This document shows positions 1 through 12,153 of a stretch of DNA of 64,000 nt, piece by piece. Position numbers and translations under genes: made by a program. Origin of the DNA: Cladosporium halotolerans (taxonomy: Eukaryota). Location: positions 62,001-126,000 of the forward strand of contig NW_027191489.1 in assembly GCF_011745625.1 (NCBI RefSeq). Direction: 5' to 3'. Position 1 is the first letter of the stretch; every line of letters starts with the position of its first letter. A model generated the notes under the pieces. It did not search any database. It saw nothing but the letters and a program-made list of their open reading frames with translations, and was not told the DNA's origin.

Positions 1-641
1 CGGATCCAGAGCCAACAGCCTGAGGTCACTGGAAAGGGACATATGTTCACGCCTGACATGAGCAACGATCGTCCCGAAAAGTCGGGAGGGGCGTCATCTG
101 ACCATGAAATTTATCTACCGTGGCATTAGTCGCCAGGTTTGGCTTGAATTATTCCCAGGGCATCCCATATTTTCAAACGACCGGGAAACAATCGTTGATT
201 GAACACGAGTCGACACCTCTTCATCTCTGGTCAGGTCAATTACAGTGTAGCACCATGTTGTCGGCCTTGCTCTCCTGCCATCGTCAGTACAAGTATAATG
301 AAATCTGCGAATGCGCAAGAATCGCACGACTTAAAGCTTCCACGTCTGCGGGCGCACCGACTGCGTGCAGCCATCTTGAATTCGATGCCGAGCATCTGGA
401 GATTCATTTGACACGAGCCGTCCAGGGGATCTTGCGGTATTTCTGATACATTCCATCTGTCTTGGCTGTCTAACTCACACGCTTCCCGCTATTCAATTGG
501 TACACCAGCTCGAGCACTTTTGTCAGAACCAGACAGCCGCGTGCTTTCGTCTGTTTACAGGGACAAAGAAGAAACTCCAGACACCGGGTATGTGAACACT
601 GTACATGACCATCCAAATCAATCGCCCGAAGTCTCTCCCGT

Positions 642-2523
642 TCAAGAATCAGTGATGCAACCGTGGCTAGCATCCTTGACCAGCTTGGCGTACTTGTAAA
701 GCGTGCCCTTCTGGTACTTGAGCGGCGGAGCCATGAACTCGAGCTTCCTGCGCTGCAGCTCCTCGGGGCTCTGGTCGATGATGTCGATGACGTTGTTGTC
801 TGCGTCGATGGTGATGGTGTCGCCGTCGCGGACGAGACCGATGGGGCCACCCTCCTGGGCCTCAGGCGTGACGTGGCCGATGAGGAAGCCGTGGCTGCCG
901 CCGGAGAAGCGGCCGTCGGTGATGAGCGCGATGTCCTGGCCGAGGCCGTAGCCCATGATGGCCGAGCTGGGCTTCAGCATCTCAGGCATGCCGGGACCGC
1001 CCTTGGGACCCTCGTAGCGGATGACCACAACGGTCTTCTCGCCCTTCTTGAAAGTGCCAGCCTCGAGAGCCTCGATGAAGAGGTCTTCAGCGTCGAAGCA
1101 GCGGGCCTTGCCAGTGAAGACGGTTCCCTCCTTGCCGGTGATCTTGCCAACGGAGCCTTCGGGGGCGAGGCTGCCACGGAGAATCTGGATGTGACCGGTC
1201 TCCTTGATGGGGTTGGAAATGGGGCGGATGATGTCCTGGTCGGCCGGGAAATCGGGCACGAGCTCGGCGTTCTGCTTCAGAGTCTTGCCAGTGACGGTCA
1301 TGCCGGAGCCGTCAAGGATGCCCTCCTTGAGGAGGAACTTGATCAGGCTGGGCGTACCGCCGATGTTGTACAGGTCCTCGAAGACGTACTTGCCGGAGGG
1401 CTTGAGGTCAGCGAGGAAGGGTGTGCGGTCAGAAACGGCCTGGAAATCGTCAATGGTGAGGTCGATGCCGACGGAGTGGGCGATGGCGATCAAGTGGAGA
1501 ACAGCGTTTGTGCTGCCACCAGTGATGTTGACAAGAATCATGGCGTTCTCAAGAGCCTTGCGGGTGATGATATCGGAAGGCCTGATGTCCTCCTTAAGCA
1601 GGTTCTTGATAGCACCGCCGGCGGCCAAGCACTCCATCATCTTCGCCTTGCTCTCAGCTGGGTTGGAAGAAGAACCAGGAAGAGACATTCCCATGACCTC
1701 AATAACACTGGCAAGGGTGTTGGCAGTGTACATGCCACCGCAGGCGCCGCTACCAGGGCAAGCGTGCCTAATGATATCGAAGCGCTCCTCCTCGTTGATC
1801 TCGCCAGAAATGAATTGTCCGTAGGCCTGGAAAGCAGAGACGATGTCGAGTTTCTCGTTGCGCGGCTGCTTGCCGCATCCAGCCGCGATCGTGCCACCGT
1901 AAACCATCAAACTCGGCCTGTTCACGCGACCCATGGCCATAATGACACCAGGCATGTTCTTGTCGCAGCCCGGAATGCTGATGTTGGCGTCGTACCACTG
2001 GCCACCCATGACAGTCTCGATAGAGTCCGCAATAAGATCACGGCTCTGCAGAGAGTAGCGCATACCCTTTGTTCCCATGCTGATACCGTCACTAACACCG
2101 ATGGTGTTGAACTGCATGCCGTGAAGGCCGGCACGCTCGACACCCTCCTTGATCTTGTTGTTCAGGCTCATCAAGTGCATGTTGCAAGGGTTTCCTGAGT
2201 ACCACACACTGCTGATACCAACCTGGGCCTTGTCCAGGTCGCCGTGCTCCATGCCAGTCGCGTACAGCATGGCCTGCGACGCGCCCTGGGCCTTAGGCTT
2301 GGTGATGTTGCGGGAGACTGTGTTGAGATCGCGGGCATCTTCGGGGATAGGGCCGGGCTTCTGCAGGTGAGAGGTGGTCGAGAGGGTTCTCCTAGGTGTG
2401 TTGTCAGCTACTTTCGCCAGTACATTCGTCTCGTCTTGCTGGCGGTACGTACGCCAACTTCCACTGGGTCCTGGCGCACCAGGACGGGCGCATAGCGCCG
2501 GTCATGCTCGTTCTGCTCAACAT
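642..2523 (-). CDS. ILV3: Dihydroxy-acid dehydratase, mitochondrial (2 exons; intron about 2392-2452)
   Basis: ORF 642..2270 has IlvD motifs ([35 protein letters not shown]). An upstream exon [24 protein letters not shown] looks like a mitochondrial presequence and joins in frame through a GTACGT...CTGAC...CTAG intron. Confidence 0.96.
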
Positions 2524-3041
2524 CTCGCTCTGGCAATGTAAGAACGAGCGACCAGGGCAACAATGCGATGGCAATGAAAGGGCAAAAAAGTTACAGCTTG
2601 GCTGCTCTCGATGCATATATGCAGCTAAGCGAAATCTAGCGTGCCTGCTATTGGGTGACGAGTCACCCAGCTCTCCGACCTCGGCGGCTGATTCGCCGCC
2701 GCTGCATCGACACAGTCAAGAGACAATTCCAAGCAATTGTCGATCACGAGAAAATAATCTGTCCGTTCAAATCACATCTCAACGATCTTAAGCGGAGCTT
2801 CAAGGCCGTAATGTTTTTCTAACTTCGTGACTGCTCGTCCAATTGATGAAGAAACGAATCTGGTGTACCCAAGCTGCGACGTCCACGTATGGCGACGATA
2901 ATGACATGATAGAATGCACCTCCTCAAATTCATGATCGTATATACGTGATGTGCTTGAAGTGATCTTCAGTTTATGGCGTTTCCGCGCGTGAAAAGTCCC
3001 AAGAGTGTCGTGCACACCTCCCACAATCCATGTCCAGCCCA

Positions 3042-4145
3042 TTAAAACCTCGTCCCATTCACACCCTGCTTTCCCTCCCCGAGCTGGCTCGCCACGACCG
3101 TTGCCTCTCTGACAGCCTTCGCGATCGTCCCTCTCAGCCCGCCCTCCTCCAGCACCAGCATGCCACCCACTGTGCACCCACCTGGGGTCATGACCCTGTC
3201 TCTGACCAGGGCAGGGTGCTCGCCGCCCTGCAGGACCAGTCCTGTCGTACCACGCATTGTTTGAGCAGCCATGATATAAGCCTCTTCCCTCGGGACACCC
3301 ATCGCAACAGCACCGGCAACCATTGACTCCAGCATGATCGCCACGAAGCCCGGCCCTGAGCCGCACAACGCTGTGCAGGCATCCATGTTCTCCGAGGGTA
3401 GATGCACGACGCGGCCGATGCGCGTGAAAATCCAGGTCACGAGCTTGTCTGTTTCTTCCGACAGCGGCGGGTCCGATTTGGCTATTACGGTCATGCTCTC
3501 GCGCACAGTGGCAGCGATGTTGGGCATTGCGCGAACGATCCTGCAGCCACCGAACGCCGGCGCCGGGCCTTTGGGATAGATGATGCTGCTGAGCTGGGCC
3601 TCAGTCACGCCGGCGAGAATGCTGATCAGGACTTTGCCTTGCAGGGCTGAGCGCATCTCGTTACCGCGGAGGATGCGCTCCGCCAGCTCGGGCTTGCAGC
3701 CCAGGATGACAACGTCTGCATCCTGGACCGCTTGGAGGTTGTTGTTTTCGTGGATTGTGACCTTAGTCTCATACTTGGCCAACTCGTCTTGTATCCTCTT
3801 CCCACTCTCCGGTCTTGTCACGCACGCGCTGAATCTGGTTGGAAGTCTGGCAGGTGTCGAAGGATCCGCAGGCGCGAGGGCTTTGGCCTGGTCGGGAACG
3901 TCGGAGGGCGATAGCGAGTCGAAGATGCCGCTAAGAATGGCAGTTCCAAGGTCTCCTACTCGGTGTCAACGACCGGGGTTGACCGTGTCCGAAGTGCGTT
4001 GGCGCATACCGCAACCCAGGACCGTCAGGGTGAGGGGCTTCTCTCCGGCGAATTCGGCCTGCTTGTCTTTGAACCACTGTGCAGACTGCGCTTGGATCGC
4101 CATGGTTTCCTTGAGGATCCAGTCAGGGGCTAGATCGCGCGCCAT
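3042..4145 (-). CDS. PRO3: Pyrroline-5-carboxylate reductase (intron about 3956-4008)
   Basis: Rossmann start LTVLGCG/DLGTAIL is split by an intron. P5CR motifs RAMPN, ALCGSGP and VMTPGGCT are present in ORF 3042..3821. Confidence 0.9.
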
Positions 4146-4573
4146 TGTGTTGTCGGTGGATGTGGGCAGACAGTTGGGCTGAGAAGACGTCCATGAGGCA
4201 CAAAAGTTGACCAAGCATTGATGAGCTTCCCCAGGTTCATCCACCAATTTGAATCACCGGCGCCCCGCCATGTCGTCAATTTGCATGGATCGTTTCATTC
4301 AAGATTGTCGCACCATCAAGGTACCAGGGTAGCGAAGAGAGAGTTACCCATAAGCAAGGAAAAGGTCGACAATCCCAAAAAACCGTTGTCGACTCATCTT
4401 GCTCCATCGCATCACGCGTGCCGATTCGACGAAGACGAAGTCAAGAGCTATATTTACCCACGAGTTCCACTCATCACTCACCTCCCTCATCTCAACTCAT
4501 CATCCAATGTCATTTCGAATTCATGCGTCGAATCTTTTCTGTTTCGAAAGTTTCATGGTCATCGCTATTGGGT

Positions 4574-5828
4574 TTACGCCCCAGGAGCCTTGAAAAGCAC
4601 CTTATGAACTTTTCTCGCCTCGAAATCCTTGTACGCCTGCGGCGCCTCTTCCAGCGACATGGTCTTCCCACACAGCCACCTCACCTTATCCTGCTGCTTG
4701 ACAAGTAGCTTCAGCGCATCCTCAAAGATCGAGCGCACAGGACAACGACCGAAAGCCATCGTGGCATTCTTACTGTACAACTGAAAGCCCTCCAGGTGGA
4801 GAGCATGGTTGTGCATACCAACTGACGAGATAGAGCCCCAGGGTCGGACGAGGTCGAGACTCAGCTGTAGAGCGTCTGGGTGGCCGACGACTTCCATGAC
4901 GACGTCGGCTCCACGACCATTCGTCGCCTTCTTGACCTCAGCGACTGGATCTTGCTCAGTCAAATGAATCGGGATTGCTCCCAGCGCTTTAGCCTCCTCA
5001 AGTCGTTCCGGTACAGAGTCGATGGCATAGACTTTGTCAACCATCGTGACAGCGCAAGCGATCGCACAAAGTCCCACGGGACCGCAGCCAACACAGACAG
5101 TGGTGAAGTCCTTGCGATCGCGCTCGTCCAAGTTTTTCAAGAACCTGCTCGCGGCGAAATATCCCGTGGGGAAGATGTCCGCCATCAGCACGAGCATCTC
5201 CTCCGGGATCTCGGTAGGGACGTGGACGCATGAAGTGTCGCAGAGAGGTACGCGAACATACTCTGCTTGCCCGCCGTCAATGCTATCGGCGCATAGTGCG
5301 TTACCAAAGAGTTGACCTTCGGCGCATCGAGATGCTTGGCCGCGGATGCAGTAGTAGCAGCTTCCGCAAGCTGTGTAGAATGGGACGACAACCTATGGGT
5401 GTAAATGTTAGCTGTATGTGATGGGAGGATAGATTTGCAGCACGAATGCATTGCGCTCTGATGCCGTGCTGTAGAAATCAATATGCCATTACTGACAGAG
5501 TGCAAGAAAGGTGATTTTGGAAACAAATGGTATGGAAATTCAAAAGCTTTGGAAGACTCACCTTGTCGCCTTCCGAAAACTTCGTCACAGCACCGCCTTT
5601 CTCGACAATTTCGCCGACGAATTCATGACCGCAAATGAAACCAGCCGGCGTATTCAGTTGGCCTCGGTAGAAATGTAAATCACTTCCACACAACGCCGAG
5701 GTCGTGACTTTCAGGACGCAATCGGTCGGGTTCTGGATCCTTGGGTACGGCTTGTCTTCAACGGCGACTTCAAAAGGTCCTTTGTAGACGACCGCGCGCA
5801 TCGAAGCCGGTGGTTGAAAAGAGGTCAT
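4574..5828 (-). CDS. Zinc-dependent medium-chain alcohol dehydrogenase (formaldehyde dehydrogenase-like; intron about 5395-5562)
   Basis: ALCGSDLH, GHEFVG, structural-Zn CGSCYYC..C, ADIFPTG and GCGPVG motifs across ORFs 5478..5828 and 4574..5197. Confidence 0.9.
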
Positions 5829-6467
5829 CGCTACCAGGGTTTAATGAATGTGTTGAGTGATCGGTGCCTTGGACAATTAGATTATCCGTATTTACGGCTA
5901 CGTTGCTTTCGAAAGTTGGTTATGTGAGTTCTTCTTGAGGGACCGATAACGGAGGCTGCACCCGCTTTGCGACACTCCATCAATTCATAGCATTTTTATT
6001 GATCGCATACCGTTCGAGATGTGCTTTCAGTCCGTCGAGACCGACATTGCTCTAGAATGAGGAACAAGTAGGCGTACTATCCAGTGCCTCGATAGCAATA
6101 GGGTTTGGCGGGCTAGTGGCTCAGAACGGCGCTCATCATGATACACGCCACCCAACAAGCCCACAACGAGAACCGCCGAAGGAATAATGCTCATCTTGAC
6201 CACAAGAAATCCGTTCATTGGCACTTCAGTATTTTTCAACATTGCTACTTACTAAGCAGCGGTTTACCGAGATCAGTGTAGTGGTCAGCAGCCTTTGGAC
6301 TGAGCAAATTCAAAAGCATGCCTCCGGAAGGTTGAGCTTCGCCGCTCAAGCCTTCGTGTGAGATATATCCAGTCTTTGCTCGCTCGCGAGAGATATTGAC
6401 ACTCGAATTGGATTGTTCAACACCATCTCGAATACGCAACACACTGCGATCGACCAGCATTGCCATA

Positions 6468-7292
6468 ATGCCTGCTTTTCGCATCTCCGTTCGGCTCCTT
6501 TCGCTGGTGGCAGCCATTAGCACTCTGGCCGCATCTGATTCTACTCCTTCTGATGCACCTGACTCTTTGGCAACACCTAGCACGTCAGTCACGTCCGCTT
6601 TGCCTGGGCCTGGGCCTTCTGGATTGTCTATCATGGTTGTCACTGTCACGCCTGTGTTCGTGACAATCACAGCCACACCCGTTGCGCCTGCACCGCCCTC
6701 GGACTCTGTATTGTCTGAGCCATTTGTCAAAACCGTTACCAATGTCAAACAGGGTCCAGTTACGCCCGTCTGGTTGGATCCCACTGCGGAGGTTTATCCG
6801 CCTGGTCCGTACGATGAAGTCAAGACTGTCACGCGAAGTGTCCTGCACGATCCGTCAGTCAACATCTCGCAAGAATACCCACAGCCTGAGCCAACTACCA
6901 CTGCCGAGCCACGAGTACAAATCATCGGCCCAATCCGGCCGACATGGAAGTGCTGGCACCACTACATCGGCATCTACTCCGCTTACCACCTGGAAGGCAG
7001 CAACTGGGGCGTGTCCGGGACGACCATCCAAATGACACTCAGAAATATGTCGTATGACTCTATGGACAATTGGAGATACACCGAGCATCCAAACCAGACG
7101 GGAGGTACAAATTTCACGTGTTCGGTAAGTTCGCTTCTGGCTGACAGGGTGCCGTCGAGTGATTACTGACCAGTTGGATGGCAGTTCAACATGTTGCTTG
7201 GATCGCAGAGGAGGGTGAATAAAGCGCTGGATGGGCTGCTCATGGGCAAGAAAGATAAGAAAGTCAAGTGTCCTTGGAACAAGCATTATTAG
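6468..7292 (+). CDS. Putative secreted protein: signal peptide, P/S/T-rich stalk and small C-terminal Trp/Cys domain (intron about 7125-7184)
   Basis: MPAFRISVRLLSLVAAISTLAAS is signal-like. GTAAGT donor at 7125, CTGAC branch and a GCAG acceptor give an in-frame last exon FNMLLGSQRRVNKALDG...CPWNKHY*. Confidence 0.7.
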
Positions 7293-7720
7293 GGTACCAC
7301 GCATCCCAGCTAATTGACCAAAATGGTGCTAATCCATGCTCGTGAACTCGTGGCTAGCATACCAATCGCCGTGGGCTGCGATTGAAGAGCGCATGACATG
7401 TTCCAGCAATTCAAGTCGATGTTTGTTCGCTCATCTGAAGTACCTAGTGCAATTCACATCAATCGTGTTGAATCTAGTTCTATTTGTCAAAAATCGGGGC
7501 GACACGATATTTGTCCCATCAAAGCGCCTTCTGCACCGAACGTGTGGGGAACGCGTTCACTCGTGATTGTGCGACATCCAGCTTTCACATGCGCTGGCGC
7601 ATCATGTACAATCGATAACACACATGGTAGGTCGGCATTATGCCTCCTTCACATCTCCTCGTCACGCGGTGATTATTTTTTCACACTTATGCGCATGTTT
7701 CCCTTCACATATAAGCAAGC

Positions 7721-9415
7721 ATGCCGCCGCCGCCGACCGCGAGTCTATCCGTAGTCATCAACCGCTCAGAAGCCAGGAGCATGGGCTCCAGTGTGAGCAA
7801 GCTCCCTACTGCACCTAGGATCAAGCCGCGCACATACGACGACAAGCCGTTACCGATCCAAGCGTCCGATTATGCGCCGCGAGATGCAAAGATCGTCAGT
7901 CGGACGTTCGACGGCGGAAAGGTCGCTTTCGAGCTGATGATCGGCCAGACCCTGCTTAGCGATATTGGGCTGGAAGAAGTGCTTGAATACGTCTCGCCTT
8001 ATCACTTGGAGGAGTATGAGAATGACGAATTCAAGAAGGAGGAAGAGTTGCTGCGGATTGCTGAAGAAGAGGACCGAAGAATGAAGGAAGAGGAGCGCCT
8101 AAGGCGCAAGGAACGTGCAAAGACAAAGGGCGTTGTGATCATGCAGGAGAGCAGCGACGAGGATTCTACGAGCCTGGATGTGGTCACAGGGAAGCATGGC
8201 AGGGCGAGGCCCTCCTACAAGCCTTTATTCAAGATACCTGAACAGAAGCGCAGGCGTCGGCGGAGGAGGGACCCGCGTACGGGAGAACTCATACCTCTCA
8301 GCGATGGATCTGACGAATCGGCTGCTGAGAATTCAGCGTCTTCAGATGATACTGAATCCAGACTATCCCTGGACAACATGGGCTTGCCAAAACGACGCCG
8401 AAGGAGAAAGCGTGATCCCGTAACAGGCGAGCTCATGCCTTTGGACTCGAAGTTGACATCAAGCAAACACATGCCTCGCATCGATGGCATCCAGGAGAGT
8501 ATAGCGTCGGATCGAGCTGATTCCGATCAACCCAAGAAACGACCACGCCGCCGAAGGCATCCCATTACTAAGGAATTGATGCCGCTTGGCTGGCGCTACG
8601 AACAAGAGCAGCAGAAGGAGTCGCAGATCCCTGCTATGCAACGACTAAGCCTAACGAAAGAAAGCGAGCCCAAGCGTCGACGCTTAGAGGGAAGCGAATC
8701 ACCTTGGCGAAGGACTGCTTCTCCACCACGCATGCTATCAAGCACATCCCACACGACAAGCAAACGAGAAGAAGTTGGGGCAGCAACTCTTTCGGCATTT
8801 CAGAAAGGCGGCATTGTATCCCTACATGATTCAGATTCAGAGCGTTCAGCAGAAGGGGAGGTCGGTATGGCGCCGGCCGGCCCTAAGCCGAAGCTGATTA
8901 GGCGAAGTTACGGTGGTGCGCCGATTGTCGAGATACCTGCACAGCCGATGGTCAATAGTCTGTCTCAAGGGTTGTCGCACGGGTTGCAATTGCCGGTCCG
9001 CGCATCTCCTTCAAAGTCCTCGACTAGTCGCCCATCCTACAGTAGGCCATCACAACTGAAAGATGAAGACTCGTCATCTGAAGCTCAGAAACCGAAATCG
9101 AGCCCAGTCAAGCCAGCGACAAGTATTGTTCACCCATCTGCTGCCGACTCTGACTCGCAAACTTACGATAGCGAGTCTGAGGATGATGATTTACCCGATG
9201 ACGAGTTCGTGATCGAAGCAATACTAGCGCACTCTTGGTCGAACCCAGTAACCCACCCATCTCACATGGGACAAAAGCCAGTGATGCTATACAAGGTGAA
9301 ATGGGAAGGTCGGACAGATCCGACTTGGGAGCCAAAAACGAGTTTCGGGGACTTGAGTGTCATCAGAGAGTACCAGAAAAGCGTCGGAATGAATGCGGAC
9401 CTTGTGGACGATTAA
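7721..9415 (+). CDS. Chromodomain-containing nuclear protein
   Basis: 564-aa single ORF with a C-terminal chromo-like segment FVIEAILAH...LYKVKWEG..DPTWEP..F, plus basic and acidic low-complexity regions. Confidence 0.85.
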   Translation: MPPPPTASLSVVINRSEARSMGSSVSKLPTAPRIKPRTYDDKPLPIQASDYAPRDAKIVSRTFDGGKVAFELMIGQTLLSDIGLEEVLEYVSPYHLEEYENDEFKKEEELLRIAEEEDRRMKEEERLRRKERAKTKGVVIMQESSDEDSTSLDVVTGKHGRARPSYKPLFKIPEQKRRRRRRRDPRTGELIPLSDGSDESAAENSASSDDTESRLSLDNMGLPKRRRRRKRDPVTGELMPLDSKLTSSKHMPRIDGIQESIASDRADSDQPKKRPRRRRHPITKELMPLGWRYEQEQQKESQIPAMQRLSLTKESEPKRRRLEGSESPWRRTASPPRMLSSTSHTTSKREEVGAATLSAFQKGGIVSLHDSDSERSAEGEVGMAPAGPKPKLIRRSYGGAPIVEIPAQPMVNSLSQGLSHGLQLPVRASPSKSSTSRPSYSRPSQLKDEDSSSEAQKPKSSPVKPATSIVHPSAADSDSQTYDSESEDDDLPDDEFVIEAILAHSWSNPVTHPSHMGQKPVMLYKVKWEGRTDPTWEPKTSFGDLSVIREYQKSVGMNADLVDD

Positions 9416-9868
9416 TGAAACGGTCAAGGGATGTTTGAGCGCTCGCGCGAACGCGTTGTTGCGATATGTCACGAATCATCAGTAATCAAAGCAGCCAGGA
9501 TGAATCTATGGATTTTCAGACATGATACATTTTAGCTTTTTTTGCCCACGAAAAGCGCTGTATCATAAGCTAGTTTGCGCAGATTTCGATTGACCCTACA
9601 GTTGGTTATAGTCTTATGTGAAGGGGCATAGACCATATCTTGCTGCCGTGCTCAGACGGGAGGAAGTGAAGCATGCGGCGGGGAAATCTTTCGGAGCCAT
9701 CGCCCGGAAGCCCGACAAACTCCCGAGTCGCAACGCTTTCACGACGACATCGATCCAAAGCGAGATCCAAAGCCTCTCTTACACACGAAATCCGGGATAC
9801 CCACCAACGAGACGTCAAGATCCTTTCACGAAACTCCTCAACCTACCATCTCAGCTACTATCGCCAAA

Positions 9869-10166
9869 ATGGTCGACGCCAAAACCGATGTCATGCAGCA
9901 GGTGCGCCAGCAAGCGGCCATTACCAACGCCCGCGCTCTCGTCGAGGTACGCCTACCAGCGAATTGTCATGTTTCGCCCACGCAACTCGCTGACAGCTCA
10001 TGTACAGAAAATCAACGAACACTGCTTCGAGCGCTGCGTCCCGACGCCCGGCTCCTCGCTCTCATCCGGCGAGCAAACCTGCTTCAACAACTGCATGGAG
10101 AAGTACATGGGAGCGTGGAACGCGACGAGCAGGCAGTATCTGAGCCATGTGCAGAAGGGCATGTAA
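9869..10166 (+). CDS. TIM13: Mitochondrial intermembrane-space small Tim chaperone Tim13 (intron 9947-10007)
   Basis: Spliced product MVDAKTDVMQQVRQQAAITNARALVE-KINEHCFERC...EQTCFNNCMEKYMGAWN has the twin CX3C motif. Confidence 0.93.
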
Positions 10167-10541
10167 GGAGCAATCAGGTGATCTGTACGAGAAAGTTGTG
10201 GGAAGGACGCATTGGATGTAGGATATCATTTCTGAAAAAGAGCCGAGGCGCGGGGAGGAAGATGTACGATATTTGGGAGAGACGGATTGCGCAGGGGTTT
10301 GGCCATCGTGCCTTGTATAGCAGAAGACGACGGCCTTTGTAACGAATACTGGCTTTGGGACATAGAGGAAGGCAGGGAGCCAAAAGCATTGATGAAGCGT
10401 GGACTATGTCCGCCTCGAAAATGGAAAAGGTATTACAGGATCCGCTAGATGCAACGTTACTGCTACACGCCATGAAAATGCGAGAATCTATGCGCCCACC
10501 AAAATGCTCAGGAGATCAACAAACCATCAACTAGAGATCCC

Positions 10542-11564
10542 CTACTTTGGGCTCGGAAGCCCAGGCTTCGCGAAAGCCTTCTGCCTATCCGCATATTCCT
10601 TGACAATAATCGAGCAGCTGACCTCCTTGCAAAGCTGCCTCCTCCTGGCAGGCGGGAGCAAGCTAGCGAACTCCAGGCCCGAAGCCCTCTCGACAGCCTC
10701 GACGGGCACCTCGAAGTCCTTCAGCGGCTTGTCGTTGCTGATCTTGTCATTGGGAAGCACAAACGCTCCCAAGCTGACGTTTCCGCCAGCCTTCCCGTCC
10801 TCTGCGTAGATGATCTTGTAGAAGTGCGTCGGCACGGCGACGTTGGGCGGCGAGCCGATGACCTCGTAGCTAACCTTCCACTTGCCGTCGGCCTCCTTCT
10901 TCGGCAGGTACAGAGGGCCCGTGACAATCCTGACTGAAGGGTAAAAAGTTGTCAGGCGGCGGCAGAAGTCCTCAAAGTGCGCCCAATAGTCCCGGTTGAA
11001 GCCCTCGCCAACCTGCGGGCACATGTTGCTAAGGGCGAAGGTAGCGTTCATCGCCTCCTGCGACCACTTGCAGTCAGCCGCGGGCACCTGGTGGCCACGA
11101 TCATAGCCGGAGCGGAAGTAGTCCTTGAGCTTGGCGCGGAACTTGTCCGGGATGGTCATGTCCTCCTCGAAGACGGAGTGCCGGCGGTCGCCCTCGCGCA
11201 TGAGGACCGAGGCCGGCGTGATGTGTTCGGCGACCCAGTTGGGGTTGCGGGTTGTGCGGTTGTAGGAGGAGGTCAGGGAGGAGACGGCGCGGAGGTCCGA
11301 GACTGGGCCTGGGAAGCCATATTGGAAAAGGCCGGAGGGGTCGACGGGGGCGGCGGCCGCGAGGGCTTTGGGGTCGACTCTGCCAACTGGCACAGGGGCT
11401 GGGAGAGGAGGGGTGGTCTTCGAGGGTCCTCCAACAGTTGTTGCGGTCGTTGTGACGGTCTGGGTGGGCTCTGGCTGTTTCCTCGTGCCGAAGAAGGCGG
11501 CGGTTGTTGCAGCTCCGACGGCTGCGGATGCGCCAGCGACGGCGGCGAGGGTGAACTTGCTCAT
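10542..11564 (-). CDS. NUC1: Mitochondrial non-specific nuclease (EndoG family)
   Basis: GYDRGHQVPAAD active-site motif, NMCPQVGEGFNRDYW and VAVPTHFYK. Probable start is MSKFTLAAV. Confidence 0.95.
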   Translation of the reverse strand: MSKFTLAAVAGASAAVGAATTAAFFGTRKQPEPTQTVTTTATTVGGPSKTTPPLPAPVPVGRVDPKALAAAAPVDPSGLFQYGFPGPVSDLRAVSSLTSSYNRTTRNPNWVAEHITPASVLMREGDRRHSVFEEDMTIPDKFRAKLKDYFRSGYDRGHQVPAADCKWSQEAMNATFALSNMCPQVGEGFNRDYWAHFEDFCRRLTTFYPSVRIVTGPLYLPKKEADGKWKVSYEVIGSPPNVAVPTHFYKIIYAEDGKAGGNVSLGAFVLPNDKISNDKPLKDFEVPVEAVERASGLEFASLLPPARRRQLCKEVSCSIIVKEYADRQKAFAKPGLPSPK

Positions 11565-12153
11565 AGCGACCGTCGTGTGGTGTGATTGAGGTGTGAGAGA
11601 AAAAGAAGAGTACAAGCGACGGGCTCCCTCGACCACCGTGAGCTACCGTCTCTTCTCGCAGCAGCACCTGTCGGGGGTCATCTGCTCTTCTGAAGCCCAC
11701 GCGGGAGTTTCACATGCGCGCGCCAAAACTTCCAGCACGCGCAGCCAATCACCGCGCGTTATCGGGCACTCTATTTGGACCCTGGCGTGTCTTGGTAAAG
11801 CAGCAAAGCACAGCTTGGTGACGCATTGTGTTGTACAAGGAGCCTAATTTTACCTGCTATATGAGGCACTCAAGAGCTAGTTACCACTATAGCGGGCGTT
11901 TGAAATATTAGAAAAGAACTCTGTAGCTCGAAGACACTCCAAGCATAGCCCGACATGCAACCAAAAAACGCAGACACTCGTCTGGTCTACGACTTACTAC
12001 TCGCTGCTTGCAAAATTCGAATGATCACCTCCAATGCACTATGCGACTCGCTTCATTTGCTGTATATCAATCCCAGCTCGCCAAACAAAAACATCGCTAA
12101 CCAACAACGGAGCAAACGACAACTAATCTGTACAGACCTGTCCTCTCCACCTT

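Noticed and set aside
1..446. Short ORFs at the left edge (possible tail of an upstream gene)
   Set aside because: No recognisable motifs or codon bias; cannot be supported.
663..2198. 511-aa plus-strand ORF antisense to ILV3 (similar shadows over NUC1, coronin, MET2, DUF3445 and the MFS gene)
   Set aside because: Expected by-product of strong C/G-ending codon bias on the coding strand; no protein motifs.
9618..10166. 182-aa ORF extending TIM13 upstream
   Set aside because: Only its last part is TIM13 exon 2; the true start is 9869 in another frame joined by an intron.
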